The notes beneath the pieces are model-generated. The model did no database searches, was not told the origin of the DNA, and saw nothing but the letters and a program-made list of their open reading frames with translations. The position numbers and the translations under genes are program-made. This document shows, in pieces, positions 7,812 through 19,693 of a DNA stretch of 64,000 nt (position 1 is its first letter; the number at the start of each line of letters is the position of its first letter). Source of the DNA: Calditrichota bacterium (GTDB lineage: Bacteria; Electryoneota; RPQS01); NCBI GenBank assembly GCA_020637445.1, contig JACJVZ010000001.1:1647947-1711946 (forward strand), written 5' to 3'.

Positions 7812-10685
7812 ATGGAATCCCCTTTCCTGCGCATTTCCGGAGCCCGCGAGCACAATCTTCAGAATGTGTCTCTCGACCTGCCGCGCAACCGATTGATTGT
7901 TATTACTGGCATTTCCGGGTCCGGGAAGTCCTCTTTAGCATTTGATACGTTGTATGCTGAGGGACAACGCAGGTATGTGGAATCCCTCTCGGCATATGCG
8001 CGGCAATTCCTCGGATTGATGGAAAAGCCGGACGTGGACGCGATTGAAGGCCTCTCGCCCGCGATCTCAATTCAACAGAAAGCGGGTATTCGCAATCCAC
8101 GCTCGACCGTTGCGACGGTCACCGAGATCTACGATTACTTGAGGTTGTTATATGCGCGCATCGGCAAACCGCATTGTCCGAACTGCGGCAAACCGATTCA
8201 GCGGCAGACCGCGCAGGAAATCGTCGACGCGCTCTTGCAGCTCCCTGAAGGCACGAAGATTCAGTTGCTCGCGCCTGTCGTTTCGGGCCGCAAGGGTGAG
8301 TACAAGGATATTTTCGAGAACATCCAGCGCGACGGATTTGTGCGCGTGCGCGTGGACGGCGAAATTCGTTCGCTCGACGAGAAGATCGAGTTGAACAAGA
8401 AACTCCGTCACACGATTGAAGTCGTGGTGGACCGACTTGTGATTAAAGACGGTCTGCGTTCGCGCATGACGGACTCAGTGGAAACGACGCTGCGTCTCTC
8501 CAGCGGACTTTTGATCGCGGCGATTGAAGGCCGGAAAGAGCGCATCTTCAGTGAACGCTTCGCCTGTCCCGATTGCAATATCTCGATTCAGGAAGTCGAG
8601 CCGCGACTCTTCAGCTTCAACTCTCCCTTTGGCGCCTGCGAGCGCTGCACGGGACTCGGCTTCAAGATGGAGATCGACCCGGAGCGAATCGTTCCGAACG
8701 ACGAACTCTCGATCGAAGAAGGAGCGGTGTCGACGTTGTCCGGCGGCGCGGAGGGCTGGTACGGCAACATGCTCGAAGCCACGGCCAAGAAATTCAAGAT
8801 TCCCTTGACCGTGCCGTGGAAGAAGCTCAAAGCGGAACATAAGCAAATCATTCTCTACGGCTCGGGCAAGAAGGAAGTCGCTTTCGTTTGGGAAGGACAG
8901 AAGTCGCGCTTCGAGACGATGGGCAAATGGGAAGGCGTGATTCCCAATCTGATGCGCCGCTATCAACAGACGTCGTCGACGCAAGTTCGCGAGTGGATTG
9001 AAGACTTCATGGGCAACATCCCCTGCCCTGCCTGCGGCGGCGCGCGGCTGAAACCCGAAGCTCTGGCCGTGCTGGTCAACAATCAAAACATCAATCAGGT
9101 CTGCGACCTCTCTATCGGTCACGCGCACGATTTTTTCAAAGGACTCGATCTGAACGAACGCGACACGATCATCGCCAAGCAGATTTTGAAGGAAGTCCGC
9201 GAGCGCTTGACCTTTTTGCTTGACGTCGGTTTGGATTACCTGACATTGAATCGCGCGGCGGGAAGTCTTTCCGGCGGCGAAGCGCAGCGCATTCGCTTGG
9301 CGACTCAAATCGGCTCGCAATTGACGGGCGTGATGTACATTCTTGATGAGCCCTCAATCGGTTTGCATCAGCGCGATAACGATAGACTGATTGCGACGCT
9401 TCAAAGACTGCGCGACATCGGCAATACGGTCATCGTCGTCGAACATGACCGCGACACCATCGAAGCCGCCGACCACGTCGTGGACTTGGGTCCCGGAGCG
9501 GGTCGTCACGGCGGAAAAGTTGTCGCCGAGGGAACACCGTTTGAAGTGGCGAAGGATGAGAAATCTTTGACCGGACGATTTTTGAGCGGACTCGATGCGA
9601 TTGAGGTGCCGCAGGAACGGCGACCGGGAATTGGCAAAAGTTTGGGTGTGCGGCGCGCGCGCGGAAACAACTTGAAAGATGTTTCTGTGGATGTACCGCT
9701 GGGAACGTTCACCGTGGTGACGGGTGTGTCGGGATCAGGAAAATCTTCGCTGATCAATGAGACTCTATACCGCGCGTTGGCACAGCGATTCTATTCCTCG
9801 AAAGAGCCGCCGCTTCCGTATGGCCAGTTGACGGGATTGCAATACCTAGATAAGGTGATCGACATCGATCAATCACCGATTGGCCGCACGCCGCGCTCGA
9901 ATCCGGCAACGTACACGGGACTCTTCACGGTAATCCGCGATCTTTTCAGCCAACTTCCCGAGGCAAAGATTCGCGGATACAAACCGGGGCGCTTCTCGTT
10001 CAATGTGAAGGGGGGTCGTTGCGAGAATTGCCAAGGCGACGGCATTATCAAAATTGAGATGCACTTCCTTCCCGATGTATACGTGCCGTGCGAAGTTTGT
10101 CACGGGAAGCGCTACAACCGCGAAACGCTCGAAGTACGGTGGAAAGGCAAGTCTATCGCCGACGTGCTGGAGATGAGCGTCTCCGAAGCGCGCGAGTTTT
10201 TCGAGAGCATGCCCTCGATTGCAAGGAAACTTGCGACACTTGAAGAAGTCGGATTGGGTTATATTCATCTCGGTCAACAGGCTACGACGCTCTCCGGAGG
10301 CGAAGCGCAGCGCGTGAAGCTCGCGACTGAGCTTTCGCGCGTCGCTACGGGCCGCACAATCTACATTTTGGACGAACCGACGACGGGGCTGCACTTCCAC
10401 GACATCAAGCTCTTGCTCAAAGTGCTGCACACGCTGGTCGATCGAGGGAATACGGTGCTCGTAATCGAACACAATCTCGACGTGATCAAGACTGCCGACT
10501 GGATCATCGACTTGGGTCCGGAAGGCGGCGAGCGCGGCGGCGAAATATTGGTGGCGGGAACGCCCGAAGATGTCGCGAAGCACAAATTGAGTCACACGGG
10601 CAGATATTTGAACCTCGAACTTGCGGCGCGACGCAACAGCTCCAAGACTTCAAACAAGAAGCGGAAGGCGGAGGCCAGCGTTTGA
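7812..10685 (+). CDS. uvrA: Excinuclease ABC subunit A (UvrA).
   Basis: 957 aa. '[62 protein letters not shown]'. Two ABC ATPase modules and zinc-finger Cys clusters ([21 protein letters not shown]). Confidence 0.97.
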   Translation: MESPFLRISGAREHNLQNVSLDLPRNRLIVITGISGSGKSSLAFDTLYAEGQRRYVESLSAYARQFLGLMEKPDVDAIEGLSPAISIQQKAGIRNPRSTVATVTEIYDYLRLLYARIGKPHCPNCGKPIQRQTAQEIVDALLQLPEGTKIQLLAPVVSGRKGEYKDIFENIQRDGFVRVRVDGEIRSLDEKIELNKKLRHTIEVVVDRLVIKDGLRSRMTDSVETTLRLSSGLLIAAIEGRKERIFSERFACPDCNISIQEVEPRLFSFNSPFGACERCTGLGFKMEIDPERIVPNDELSIEEGAVSTLSGGAEGWYGNMLEATAKKFKIPLTVPWKKLKAEHKQIILYGSGKKEVAFVWEGQKSRFETMGKWEGVIPNLMRRYQQTSSTQVREWIEDFMGNIPCPACGGARLKPEALAVLVNNQNINQVCDLSIGHAHDFFKGLDLNERDTIIAKQILKEVRERLTFLLDVGLDYLTLNRAAGSLSGGEAQRIRLATQIGSQLTGVMYILDEPSIGLHQRDNDRLIATLQRLRDIGNTVIVVEHDRDTIEAADHVVDLGPGAGRHGGKVVAEGTPFEVAKDEKSLTGRFLSGLDAIEVPQERRPGIGKSLGVRRARGNNLKDVSVDVPLGTFTVVTGVSGSGKSSLINETLYRALAQRFYSSKEPPLPYGQLTGLQYLDKVIDIDQSPIGRTPRSNPATYTGLFTVIRDLFSQLPEAKIRGYKPGRFSFNVKGGRCENCQGDGIIKIEMHFLPDVYVPCEVCHGKRYNRETLEVRWKGKSIADVLEMSVSEAREFFESMPSIARKLATLEEVGLGYIHLGQQATTLSGGEAQRVKLATELSRVATGRTIYILDEPTTGLHFHDIKLLLKVLHTLVDRGNTVLVIEHNLDVIKTADWIIDLGPEGGERGGEILVAGTPEDVAKHKLSHTGRYLNLELAARRNSSKTSNKKRKAEASV

Positions 10686-12862
10686 TCAAATGTATTGTAC
10701 TTTTTCTTGCGATAAGCTCGCTTGTTTTCGCATTCGACGCACAGCGCGCATACGATTTTGCAAACGAACTTTCAAGCGAAAAATATGAGGGGCGCAGGTC
10801 AGGGCATCCGGGCGGACTAAAAGCCGAAGAATACGTCGCCGACTATTGCAAGACTCTTGGACTGAGTCCGTTAGGAACGAACGGTTATTTTCAAGAAGTG
10901 CCTATGCTGGTCACTCAAGAGCAGAGTTCGTCATTTTCGATCACGAACTCGGAGCTGGGTAAAATCAGTTTTGTTCAAGGATTGGATTACACGCTAATCA
11001 CGCATTCCGGGTCGCGGTACGTCAACGCCGAAGCAGTGCTTGTGGGACACGGAATTGTCGCCGAAGAAAAAGGACTCAACGATTACGGGGACGTGGACGT
11101 GCGCGGCAAAGTCGTCGTGATTCAGCGGGGCGCACCGAAAAGCGCATACAGTTTTGACAACGAACGCAGTCGCACTAAGACGCTCGCTTGGGCTAAAGAA
11201 CGCGGAGCGGCGGCGGTCATGTGGCATGACCGCACCTTTCCGGTCAACGGGGCCGCGATTCCGGCAGACAGCTACACACCTGATATGCCGATGCTCTATG
11301 TCGGCGACCGCGTGCTGCAAGTATTACTCGAGAACACCGGCTTCTCGTTAAAGAGCTATCAAGACAAAATCAATTCAGGCGCCGCGCCGCTTGAAACCGG
11401 AAAACAAGTTTCGCTCTCCGTCGCGACCAAAGAACTTAAAGGCAAGAACGGCAGCAATGTCATTGCCGTGAGACTTGGCTCGGACGCCGTTTTGAAGAAT
11501 GAAGTTATTGTCGTCGGCGGACATTTGGATCACTGCGGAGCAACTGCGGGCGGAATCGTTTACAACGGCGCCGACGACGACGCGTCGGGCAGCGCGCTTG
11601 TCGCCGAGCTTGCCCGCGTCGTTGCAGAAGCTCCCGCGATGAAGCGCACGGTGATGTTCATCTGGTTCACCGGCGAAGAAGACGGACTCTTGGGCAGCAA
11701 GTACTTCGTGCAACATCCGACCATTCCGTTCGGCAATATCGTATCGATGCTGAATTTTGACATGGTGGGGCAAGGCGACGGTGGAGCGACGATCGTCGGA
11801 CTTGAACTCTTGGGTAATGTCGGGAAGGCTTGGGCGGACTCACTGGCACTACTTGAAAAAGGCCCGAAGCTATACGGCTATGACGGTGACGCGTCAAGCG
11901 ACTATGGCCCGTTCGTTGGCGGCGGCGCACCGGGCGTCGCGTTCTTCTCGTCGGGAAGCCATCCGTTTTATCACCAATTCAGTGACGACGGCAAGTGGTT
12001 GAACGTCGAATCATTCAAGAGCGTCGGCGAACAAGCTGAGGCTCTGCTTACGAACCTTGCCAATCGTCAAGGCTCGCTGGCGAGTCGTTCAGATTCGCTC
12101 AAGATGATCAGCCGGTTTGCGACGACGATCGACCTTGACGGATATTTTCTCGATCCGCAGGGAACGGTCAAATCATCCAGTTCAATCGAAGTCGCATGGC
12201 TGCCGCACAACTCGGACGTACCGATGAGCGATATGGTCAACCGGATTTCGCACTTCCTGGCTTTTTGCAATTCAAAGAAGATTGTATGTTCCGGCTTGAA
12301 AGATGCTGTTGGAAAGCAGAGCGAACTGAAGCGGGGAACGGTTCTGGCTATTCCTGAGATAAGTTTGCGTGCGCGTCCCATTGAAGACGCACTTGCGCTT
12401 GCCAAGTTGGGATTGTCGATGGTGAGTTTGATGCCGACTTCCGACGCAGTGAAGATGGCCATGCCCGATCAGCTTTTCAACACTTTGAAAGACAACGGGG
12501 TTTATGCTCTGATTCCGATGGACTATAACACATCGGCGCGCGTGCAACGGTGGGGCTCGCAAGGTATCGTTACGACGTCTCTCGCGCAATTCGCCGAGTC
12601 CCCCGCGGAGATTCGCGACTCTTTGCTGACGAGCGACGCCTTGCTTTTGATTGACGTGGTCTCGCCGCCGACCGCAGAGCAACTTGAAACGGTTCGCGCC
12701 GGAAGCCAGCGGTACGTACATTTGAACTTCGGCGAGTCCTTTGACGATTTGCGCGACAGCGATCAGAAGAAGGCTTTCACGAAACTTTATGAAGCGGGCT
12801 TCACGCGCGACGAAATATTCCTCATGACAGGAAAGAATTTGAACAGATTTTTGAACGGATAG
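10682..12862 (+). CDS. Secreted M28-family zinc peptidase (aminopeptidase-like) with a ~300-aa C-terminal extension of unknown function. TTG start overlaps the uvrA stop (TTGA).
   Basis: Signal peptide '[16 protein letters not shown]'. M28 metal-binding motifs '[12 protein letters not shown]', '[10 protein letters not shown]', '[14 protein letters not shown]', '[10 protein letters not shown]'. Confidence 0.8.
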   Translation: MIKCIVLFLAISSLVFAFDAQRAYDFANELSSEKYEGRRSGHPGGLKAEEYVADYCKTLGLSPLGTNGYFQEVPMLVTQEQSSSFSITNSELGKISFVQGLDYTLITHSGSRYVNAEAVLVGHGIVAEEKGLNDYGDVDVRGKVVVIQRGAPKSAYSFDNERSRTKTLAWAKERGAAAVMWHDRTFPVNGAAIPADSYTPDMPMLYVGDRVLQVLLENTGFSLKSYQDKINSGAAPLETGKQVSLSVATKELKGKNGSNVIAVRLGSDAVLKNEVIVVGGHLDHCGATAGGIVYNGADDDASGSALVAELARVVAEAPAMKRTVMFIWFTGEEDGLLGSKYFVQHPTIPFGNIVSMLNFDMVGQGDGGATIVGLELLGNVGKAWADSLALLEKGPKLYGYDGDASSDYGPFVGGGAPGVAFFSSGSHPFYHQFSDDGKWLNVESFKSVGEQAEALLTNLANRQGSLASRSDSLKMISRFATTIDLDGYFLDPQGTVKSSSSIEVAWLPHNSDVPMSDMVNRISHFLAFCNSKKIVCSGLKDAVGKQSELKRGTVLAIPEISLRARPIEDALALAKLGLSMVSLMPTSDAVKMAMPDQLFNTLKDNGVYALIPMDYNTSARVQRWGSQGIVTTSLAQFAESPAEIRDSLLTSDALLLIDVVSPPTAEQLETVRAGSQRYVHLNFGESFDDLRDSDQKKAFTKLYEAGFTRDEIFLMTGKNLNRFLNG

Positions 12863-12871
12863 TTTGGTACG

Positions 12872-13903
12872 ATGAGTGTCTTATACGAAAAACTGAGCCG
12901 CCTCGATCCGGAGTATTACACCGAAAAACGTGTGGCTCCGATGGTCGAGGCTGTGGAACGAATCAAGAAACTCAAACGCGACCGCAATGCCGTCGTACTT
13001 GCGCATAATTACCAGCGACCGGAGATTTTTGAAGTCGCGGATTTCTTAGGCGACTCGCTCGGATTGTCCTTAAAGGCCGCCGAAGTGAAGGATGCGGACG
13101 TTATCGTATTTTGCGGCGTGCATTTCATGGCCGAGACCGCGAAAATTGTCAATCCTGAGAAGACGGTCTTGCTACCGAATCTCTCTGCAGGCTGTTCGCT
13201 TGCGGACATGGCCACAGCGCAGGACGTCGCCGCGCGCAAAGCCGAGCTGAAGAAGACGTATCCCGACTTACAAGTCGTAACTTATGTGAACACGACCGCC
13301 GACGTGAAAGCCGAGTCGGACGCATGCTGCACGAGTTCGAATGCCGTCTCCGTCGTGCGCGCGCTGGAAAGCGATCACATTTTGTTCGCCCCCGATCAAA
13401 ATCTCGCGCGCCACGTGGCATTGCACGTTCCCGACAAAACCGTGATCGCATGGGACGGCTATTGCTACGTGCATCACCAGATCACGCCGGAAACGATCAT
13501 GACGATGCGCCGGCAGATTCCCGGGATTAAGATATTGGTGCATCCCGAGTGCCGTGACGACGTGCTGAAGCTCGCCGATGCAGCTCTTTCAACGTCAGGC
13601 ATGGTGGACTATGCCGAAGCGAGTGACGCGACAGATTTCCTCGCCGTTACCGAGTGCGGACTGTCCGACCTTTTGCAAATCAGCGTACCTGACAAGAATT
13701 TCTACCGCGCCTGCAAGATTTGCCGTTTCATGAAAGCGATTTCATTGGACGACGTGGAGCAGTCACTGTTGCAGAACCGCTTTGAAATCAACGTCGACGA
13801 GCCCGTTCGTAAGAAAGCGCAACGCGCGTTGGAACGGATGTTCGAGTTGACGGGCGAAACACGAGACAATTTGACGTTGCCGCAAGACGTGGCCAACGAA
13901 TAA
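12872..13903 (+). CDS. nadA: Quinolinate synthase (NadA).
   Basis: 'VVLAHNYQRPEI...VIVFCGVHFMAETAKI...SAGCSLADM...ACCTSSNAV'. Conserved Cys ligands of the [4Fe-4S] cluster. Confidence 0.93.
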   Translation: MSVLYEKLSRLDPEYYTEKRVAPMVEAVERIKKLKRDRNAVVLAHNYQRPEIFEVADFLGDSLGLSLKAAEVKDADVIVFCGVHFMAETAKIVNPEKTVLLPNLSAGCSLADMATAQDVAARKAELKKTYPDLQVVTYVNTTADVKAESDACCTSSNAVSVVRALESDHILFAPDQNLARHVALHVPDKTVIAWDGYCYVHHQITPETIMTMRRQIPGIKILVHPECRDDVLKLADAALSTSGMVDYAEASDATDFLAVTECGLSDLLQISVPDKNFYRACKICRFMKAISLDDVEQSLLQNRFEINVDEPVRKKAQRALERMFELTGETRDNLTLPQDVANE

Positions 13904-13925
13904 GCAGAACTTAAAGACAAAGAAA

Positions 13926-15344
13926 ATGAGCAGCGAGTTTAGAATTGAGAAGGACTCACTGGGAGAACTTCAAGTTCCAGTGAATGCTTACTACGGCGTA
14001 CAAACCGCGCGCGCCGTGGCGAATTTTCCGATTTCGGGCATCCGCCCGCATCCCGTATTTGTGAAGGCATATGTCACGATTAAGCGTTCCGCGGCGGTCG
14101 TGCACCGCGATTTGAAATTGCTGACCGAAGAGCAGGCCGACGCGATCATCAAGGCGGCGGACGAAATGCTCGAAGGCAAGCTCGCCGATCAAATCGTAGT
14201 CGACGCTTATCAGGCGGGCGCAGGCACCTCGACGAACATGAACGTCAACGAAGTGCTGGCCAATCGGGCGGCGGAACTGCTCGGTTTGCCGCGCGGCAAC
14301 TACAGCAAGATCAGTCCGAACGACCACGTCAACATGGCGCAGTCAACCAATGACTCGTATCCGGCGGCAATTCGAATTGGTTTAAGTCTCAAGTTTCCAG
14401 ATTTGCTCAGATCGGTGGACATGGCCATCAATGCGCTCGACGCGAAAGCTAAAGAGTTTGACGATGTGATCAAGAGCGCACGCACGCACTTGCAGGACGC
14501 CGTGCCGATACGTTTGGGTCAGGAGTTTGGGGGCTATGCTTCCGTGATGCGCCGTTGCAAAGAGCGGTTGATCGCCGCTGAAAAAGAACTGCGTCAACTA
14601 AACCTCGGCGGCACGGCCGCGGGCACGGGCATGAACGCGCATCCGGAATATCGCGCTCGAGTTGCCAAGGAAATCTCCGGCAAGACGGGAATTCAATTTC
14701 ATCCTGCCGAGAATCTCTTCGAAGTTACACAGAGCTTGGGCGACTTCCTGCACTTCTCGTCCGCGCTTCGCTTACTTGCGCTCGAGTTGGGCAAAATCGT
14801 TTCCGACTTGCGTTATCTGAGCAGCGGCCCACGCACGGGCTTGCAGGAAATTTATCTTCCGGCCGTTCAGCCGGGTTCGTCGATCATGCCCGGAAAAGTC
14901 AATCCCTCTATGGCCGAGATGATGAATCAAGTCTGCTATCAAGTCGTCGGCTTCGATCAAACGGTCGCCTATTGCGCACAGGCCGGACAGATGGACTTGA
15001 ACGTGATGATGCCAGTCGTGAACTACAATTTGCAGCAATCGCTGCACATACTTGAAACTTCAATTGAAGTCTTCACTAAGCGCTGCATCGAAGGCATCAC
15101 CGTCGACCGCGAACGCTGCAAGATGTATTTCGAATCGTCGGTCGGCATGGCCACGATCATGAATCCGTACATCGGCTATTTGAAGGCCGCCGAACTCGCC
15201 AAGGAATCGGTGAAGACGGGCAAATCGATTGTCGATTTGATTCGTGAACACAAATTGCTCACCGAAGAGCAAATGAAGGAGATTCTCGAGCCGCGCAGAT
15301 TGACGGATCCCGATTTGCAGTCTGCCGGAGCCGGCGGCGGTTGA
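13926..15344 (+). CDS. aspA: Aspartate ammonia-lyase of the class II fumarase/aspartase family. Sequence looks more aspartase-like than fumarase-like.
   Basis: 'VDAYQAGAGTSTNMNVNEVLAN', 'SPNDHVNMAQSTNDSYP', signature 'GSSIMPGKVNP'. 472 aa. Confidence 0.8.
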   Translation: MSSEFRIEKDSLGELQVPVNAYYGVQTARAVANFPISGIRPHPVFVKAYVTIKRSAAVVHRDLKLLTEEQADAIIKAADEMLEGKLADQIVVDAYQAGAGTSTNMNVNEVLANRAAELLGLPRGNYSKISPNDHVNMAQSTNDSYPAAIRIGLSLKFPDLLRSVDMAINALDAKAKEFDDVIKSARTHLQDAVPIRLGQEFGGYASVMRRCKERLIAAEKELRQLNLGGTAAGTGMNAHPEYRARVAKEISGKTGIQFHPAENLFEVTQSLGDFLHFSSALRLLALELGKIVSDLRYLSSGPRTGLQEIYLPAVQPGSSIMPGKVNPSMAEMMNQVCYQVVGFDQTVAYCAQAGQMDLNVMMPVVNYNLQQSLHILETSIEVFTKRCIEGITVDRERCKMYFESSVGMATIMNPYIGYLKAAELAKESVKTGKSIVDLIREHKLLTEEQMKEILEPRRLTDPDLQSAGAGGG

Positions 15345-15348
15345 TCGT

Positions 15349-16077
15349 TTGCCGATTCACGATTACATAATTCTTGCCGCAGGCGCGCTGATGGCCGCAA
15401 CCGTATCCGGTGTGGCCGGAGTCGGCGGCGGCATGGTCTACCTCCCGATACTCGCGGAAATCGTCGGCATGCGGCTGGCGGTTCCGTATCTTTCACTCTT
15501 GCTCTTAGCGGGGAATTTTTCGCGTGCTTATTTTGCGCGCAAGGGCATTGACTGGCAAGTGCTGCGCGCGTTTTTGCTCACGGCGATTCCCGGCGCGGCG
15601 ATTGGAGCCCTCGGCTATTCGTTTCTACCGGCGATTTGGATTGCCAAATTGCTCGGAGCGTACTTGCTGATTTATGTCGGCCTGAATTTTCTGCGTGTGC
15701 AGTGGCCGAAGACGGCGAACCTCCGTTCTATGTCGTGGATCGGCATTCCCGCCGGAGTTTCAAGCGGAGTCGTCGGCGGGTCAGGGCTGATCATCGCACC
15801 GTATTTTCTCCGCTATGGTTTGGTGAAGGAAGCCTTCATCGGCACGGAAGCACTTGCGGCGGCGGGCACACACGTGACGAAAGCCATCGTGTGGGGCGGG
15901 ACGTCGGTTCTTACGATGAAAGACGTCATCCTGCTTTTGCCCTTGACGGTATTAATGGTGGCAGGATCGTACTTTGGAAAGATATTGGTTTCAAGAATGC
16001 GCGCGCGGCTTTTCCGCGGCATTCTATTGATGGTATTGGCAGCGGTCGGAATTCGTTTTTTATTTTTCTTCGGGTAG
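15349..16077 (+). CDS. TauE/SafE (DUF81) family membrane transporter (sulfite/anion exporter family).
   Basis: 242-aa polytopic membrane protein. Two Gly-rich half-repeats, 'VAGVGGGMVYLPIL' and 'GVVGGSGLIIAPYFL'. Confidence 0.65.
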   Translation: MPIHDYIILAAGALMAATVSGVAGVGGGMVYLPILAEIVGMRLAVPYLSLLLLAGNFSRAYFARKGIDWQVLRAFLLTAIPGAAIGALGYSFLPAIWIAKLLGAYLLIYVGLNFLRVQWPKTANLRSMSWIGIPAGVSSGVVGGSGLIIAPYFLRYGLVKEAFIGTEALAAAGTHVTKAIVWGGTSVLTMKDVILLLPLTVLMVAGSYFGKILVSRMRARLFRGILLMVLAAVGIRFLFFFG

Positions 16078-16081
16078 CACC

Positions 16082-16873
16082 ATGAAACTACTTCTCGCAG
16101 TCATCGGAATCATCTCATTCTCGATCGCCGGATTCGCACAAACCATCGGAGACGTGCCGACTCCACCGGGGTACAATCGCGTTGGCAAAGTCGCGGGCAA
16201 CTTCGCGGAGACGCTGCGCGAAACCAAGCTCTCACCGCCCGGCGAGTTTCTCGCAGGAGACGGGACGACCGTACTCTGCGGGGAGAATGTCATCGGCAAG
16301 ACGGACGTCCTACCCTATGAAAATTCCAACGACGCCGGAGTGGACGGAATTGTCAGATTGTGGGGCGAGTATTTGTGGGCGCACGGACGCCGCGGAGATA
16401 TTTCGTTTCCGCTCGACAATGGACAGGCGGCGCGTTGGAGCGATTGGTATGATGGGCTTCGACCCAAAAAATCGGGCGGCCGTTTCACGTTTGTACAGCA
16501 GACGACGCCCAACGGAAGCCGGGACAACTACGAGCATTATCTAAGTTTCGTCGCGGAAGAAATGGGCGCGATCGCTTTGCGGCGGGAGACTTTGCCGATC
16601 ATCGACGATTCCATTGCCATCGGAGATTTGCTCGTCGCGCTGCGCAACGACAAAGAGAGTTGGGTCGGCATGATCATGGACATTTGCCGCAATGCCAAAG
16701 GAGAGCGGCTCGTGTTGTTGGGGATGTGCGGAACTCCGAGTACGGTGCTGTATCTGCCAAAACCGTTTTCGCCCGTACAAGGCGTGGCGGACTGGTACAC
16801 TCTGGAAGGCGCGAAATTCGAAATCGGCGCGGGATCCAAAGCGGAGTTAAGACGAATTCGGTTCAAACTCTGA
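16082..16873 (+). CDS. Hypothetical secreted protein.
   Basis: Signal peptide 'MKLLLAVIGIISFSIAGFAQT'. No motif I recognise. In the same transcriptional run as the uvrA...TauE block. Confidence 0.5.
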   Translation: MKLLLAVIGIISFSIAGFAQTIGDVPTPPGYNRVGKVAGNFAETLRETKLSPPGEFLAGDGTTVLCGENVIGKTDVLPYENSNDAGVDGIVRLWGEYLWAHGRRGDISFPLDNGQAARWSDWYDGLRPKKSGGRFTFVQQTTPNGSRDNYEHYLSFVAEEMGAIALRRETLPIIDDSIAIGDLLVALRNDKESWVGMIMDICRNAKGERLVLLGMCGTPSTVLYLPKPFSPVQGVADWYTLEGAKFEIGAGSKAELRRIRFKL

Positions 16874-16893
16874 ACAATGCCATTGACAAATAC

Positions 16894-16937
16894 GAAGCGG
16901 GCGATGAACTAGTCATCGCCCGCTTCCTTTTTTTCCA
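16894..16937. terminator. Rho-independent terminator. A 34-nt perfect palindrome (gaagcgggcgatgaact|agtcatcgcccgcttc) followed by a T7 tract.
   Basis: 14-bp stem with an actagt centre, then ctttttttcc. Sits between convergent genes (16873 + / 16956 -). Confidence 0.8.
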
Positions 16938-16955
16938 AGTGTCTGCTACTGCACC

Positions 16956-17540
16956 CTATCGTTTCCCCATCAAGGACGTTCCTGTTTCAACCAACTTAAC
17001 TCGCGGCGGCATAGTGCCCTGTCCCACGACTTCGAGCACAAAGCCGTGTCCAAGCGGGCAAGTTGTGTTTGCTGTAAGCGGGCCGAACCTGATCGGCGGA
17101 TCGCTCCATCCTCCTCTCGTTGCGAAAGCCACGGCCACGGACGGCGCGACCTCTGTACCTGGACAGCCCGTGCGCGACGAACTAACTCTAAACGAATCAG
17201 TACCGCTGGGCGCAACAAATACTTGATGCGTTTCCCAGTCTACGACCATTGCTCCGGTCGAGCTGCCCGGCGTGCTTGCCGTGTGCGTTTGCACGATCAT
17301 GGGCCGTGTCTTGATCGGAACTTTCGCGGTCGCCGCAAGATACTGCAGCATCGTTTCACTGTTACCGACGTCGATCACGACTCTCTGTCCGGGCGATTGC
17401 ACACCCGCAAGCACCTCATCTTGCGACGGATACTTATTGACCTGAACAAGATTAAAGTTTATCTGTACGGGTGGATTCTCTTCGGCGAATACTGCGGCAC
17501 TGAGAATCACAACGAGCATTAAGGCCAACATTTTCTTCAT
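16956..17540 (-). CDS. Hypothetical secreted protein.
   Basis: Signal peptide 'MKKMLALMLVVILSAAVFA'. 194 aa. No recognised motif. Confidence 0.5.
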   Translation of the reverse strand: MKKMLALMLVVILSAAVFAEENPPVQINFNLVQVNKYPSQDEVLAGVQSPGQRVVIDVGNSETMLQYLAATAKVPIKTRPMIVQTHTASTPGSSTGAMVVDWETHQVFVAPSGTDSFRVSSSRTGCPGTEVAPSVAVAFATRGGWSDPPIRFGPLTANTTCPLGHGFVLEVVGQGTMPPRVKLVETGTSLMGKR

Positions 17541-17702
17541 CCTTAGGCTGGTACGTTCATCGATTGGGCAATAGATGTGCCCGGCACGGGCCGAGCATCA
17601 GCATACGTAAGTCGAACAAAATGCAAAGTCGCGGTTGAAATGAGCCACGCAAGCTGCAAACCGTTGCAGAGTGTCTGCCGCAGATTGCGAACTTGGTTCA
17701 AA

Positions 17703-19691
17703 TCACCCTTCACGGTCAAGATTTTGTCCGACGTCGGGATCTTCTTCATCGTCGGAAGGAGTTTCCTCCTCCTGGTGCTCCGGTTCGTCGTGGATTGGCG
17801 CACCGTTCATGTGTTCTGAGTAGTCCGTGATCCGATCTTTACCGAGGAACTGGGCCAACGCGTCGCCTTCCAGAATCTCAACTTTGAGCAATTCCGCCGT
17901 CATATCTTTCAATACATCGATATTTTCGGAAAGGATCTGCTTTGCCTCGTCGTAGCACGTGTCAATCAGTTCGCGCACTTCTTGATCAATGGCCTCGGCG
18001 GTTTTCTCACCATAGTAATCATCTTGCGCCTGAAACGGGTTGCCTTGCATACCGTGTCCGCGCTTGCGGTAAACGACTTGACCAAGTTTTTCGGACATTC
18101 CATAGTCCATGATCATCGCGCGCGCCATGCCCGTCACTTGCTGCAAATCACTGTAAGCACCCGACGTGATTTCGCCGTAGATCAACTCTTCGGCTGCGCG
18201 TCCACCGAGCGCGACTTTGATCTTGTCGATGATCTCTTGCTTCGTAATCAAGACTTGCTCTTCGGCGGGCAGATAGAGCGTATGGCCTAAGGTCGACGTA
18301 CCGCGCGGAATAATTGAGACACGGTGAATCGGATCCGTATCAGGCAACTTCGCGCCGACAAGTGCGTGTCCGCATTCGTGGTACGCGATCTTCTCTTTGA
18401 CTTTGGGAGTCATCACACGACTGCGGCGTTCGAGCCCCGTCATTTCGCGGTCGACGGCCTCCTCAAGTTCGCGTTGACCAATCAGTTTCTTTCCACGACG
18501 AGCAGCGAGCAGCGCGGCTTCGTTGATCGAATTGGCCAAATCCGCTCCGGCGAATCCCGGAGTACGCGCGGCAATCACCCGCAAATTGACGTCTTTGTCG
18601 AACTTCTTGCCTTTGGCATGCACGCGCAAAATCGCTTCTCGTCCGTCGATATTCGGCGGATCGACCACGACCTGACGGTCGAATCGTCCCGGACGCATCA
18701 AAGCCATGTCGAGAATTTCCGGGCGGTTCGTCGCGGCCATGATGATCACGCCTTTCGAACTTTCGAACCCGTCCATCTCGACGAGCAACGCGTTTAACGT
18801 CTGTTCGCGCTCATCGTGACTCGCCCACGGATTGGCTCCGCGAGCTTTGCCCAGCGCATCCAACTCATCGATAAAGACAATACACGGAGCTTTCGCGGCA
18901 GCCTGCGCGAAGAGATCGCGCACGCGCGCCGCGCCGACGCCGACGAACATTTCTACAAAGTCCGAACCGGAAATCGAAAAGAACGGTACGTGAGCCTCAC
19001 CTGCCACGGCTTTCGCCAGCAGGGTCTTGCCTGTTCCCGGCGGGCCGACCAGCATCACACCCTTGGGAATCTGCGCTCCGAGAGCACGGAACTTCGCAGG
19101 ATGCTTCAGGAAGTCGACGACTTCTTTCAGCTCTTCGACGGCTTCATCGATTCCTGCAACATCGCTGAAATTGATTTTGGTGGTGCTTTCGACATAGACT
19201 TTCGCGCGCGATTTACCGAATGACATCAAGCCGCCCGTGCCGCCGCCGCCCATTCTGCGAATCAGGAAGCTCCAAATTAGGAAGATGATTCCCAGCGGCA
19301 AAATCCACGCGAAGAAAAGTCCCTTCAGCCAATCGGAATCAAAGCGTCCCTCAAAGTCAATGCCTTTTTCTTCAAGCTGCTTGACCAAATCGGGATCTTC
19401 GACACGTACGGCCTCAAACGGAGTCTGAACTTTGACGCCCGCCGAATCGAGCATGGCGTCCCCGCGAATATTCTCCTGCGTGATGACGACATTCTTGATT
19501 TGGTCGTCTTTCAGCAGTTCTTTGAACTTTGAATAAGACAGCTTTTCATAGTGTTGACCGCCCATGTAGGCTTGCGCTATGAACAAAGCAAGTAAGACCG
19601 CAACCAGATACCAGAGCGAGAAGTTGAATTTCTTCGCAGGAGCCGGTTGCGGTTTCTTGGGTGCGTTATTTTTGGGTTGTTTTTCGCTCAA
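17703..19691 (-). CDS. ftsH: ATP-dependent zinc metalloprotease FtsH.
   Basis: '[23 protein letters not shown]' Walker A. AAA second region of homology. 'HECGHALV' HEXXH zinc site. N-terminal TM segment. Confidence 0.97.
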   Translation of the reverse strand: MSEKQPKNNAPKKPQPAPAKKFNFSLWYLVAVLLALFIAQAYMGGQHYEKLSYSKFKELLKDDQIKNVVITQENIRGDAMLDSAGVKVQTPFEAVRVEDPDLVKQLEEKGIDFEGRFDSDWLKGLFFAWILPLGIIFLIWSFLIRRMGGGGTGGLMSFGKSRAKVYVESTTKINFSDVAGIDEAVEELKEVVDFLKHPAKFRALGAQIPKGVMLVGPPGTGKTLLAKAVAGEAHVPFFSISGSDFVEMFVGVGAARVRDLFAQAAAKAPCIVFIDELDALGKARGANPWASHDEREQTLNALLVEMDGFESSKGVIIMAATNRPEILDMALMRPGRFDRQVVVDPPNIDGREAILRVHAKGKKFDKDVNLRVIAARTPGFAGADLANSINEAALLAARRGKKLIGQRELEEAVDREMTGLERRSRVMTPKVKEKIAYHECGHALVGAKLPDTDPIHRVSIIPRGTSTLGHTLYLPAEEQVLITKQEIIDKIKVALGGRAAEELIYGEITSGAYSDLQQVTGMARAMIMDYGMSEKLGQVVYRKRGHGMQGNPFQAQDDYYGEKTAEAIDQEVRELIDTCYDEAKQILSENIDVLKDMTAELLKVEILEGDALAQFLGKDRITDYSEHMNGAPIHDEPEHQEEETPSDDEEDPDVGQNLDREG

Positions 19692-19693
19692 GG

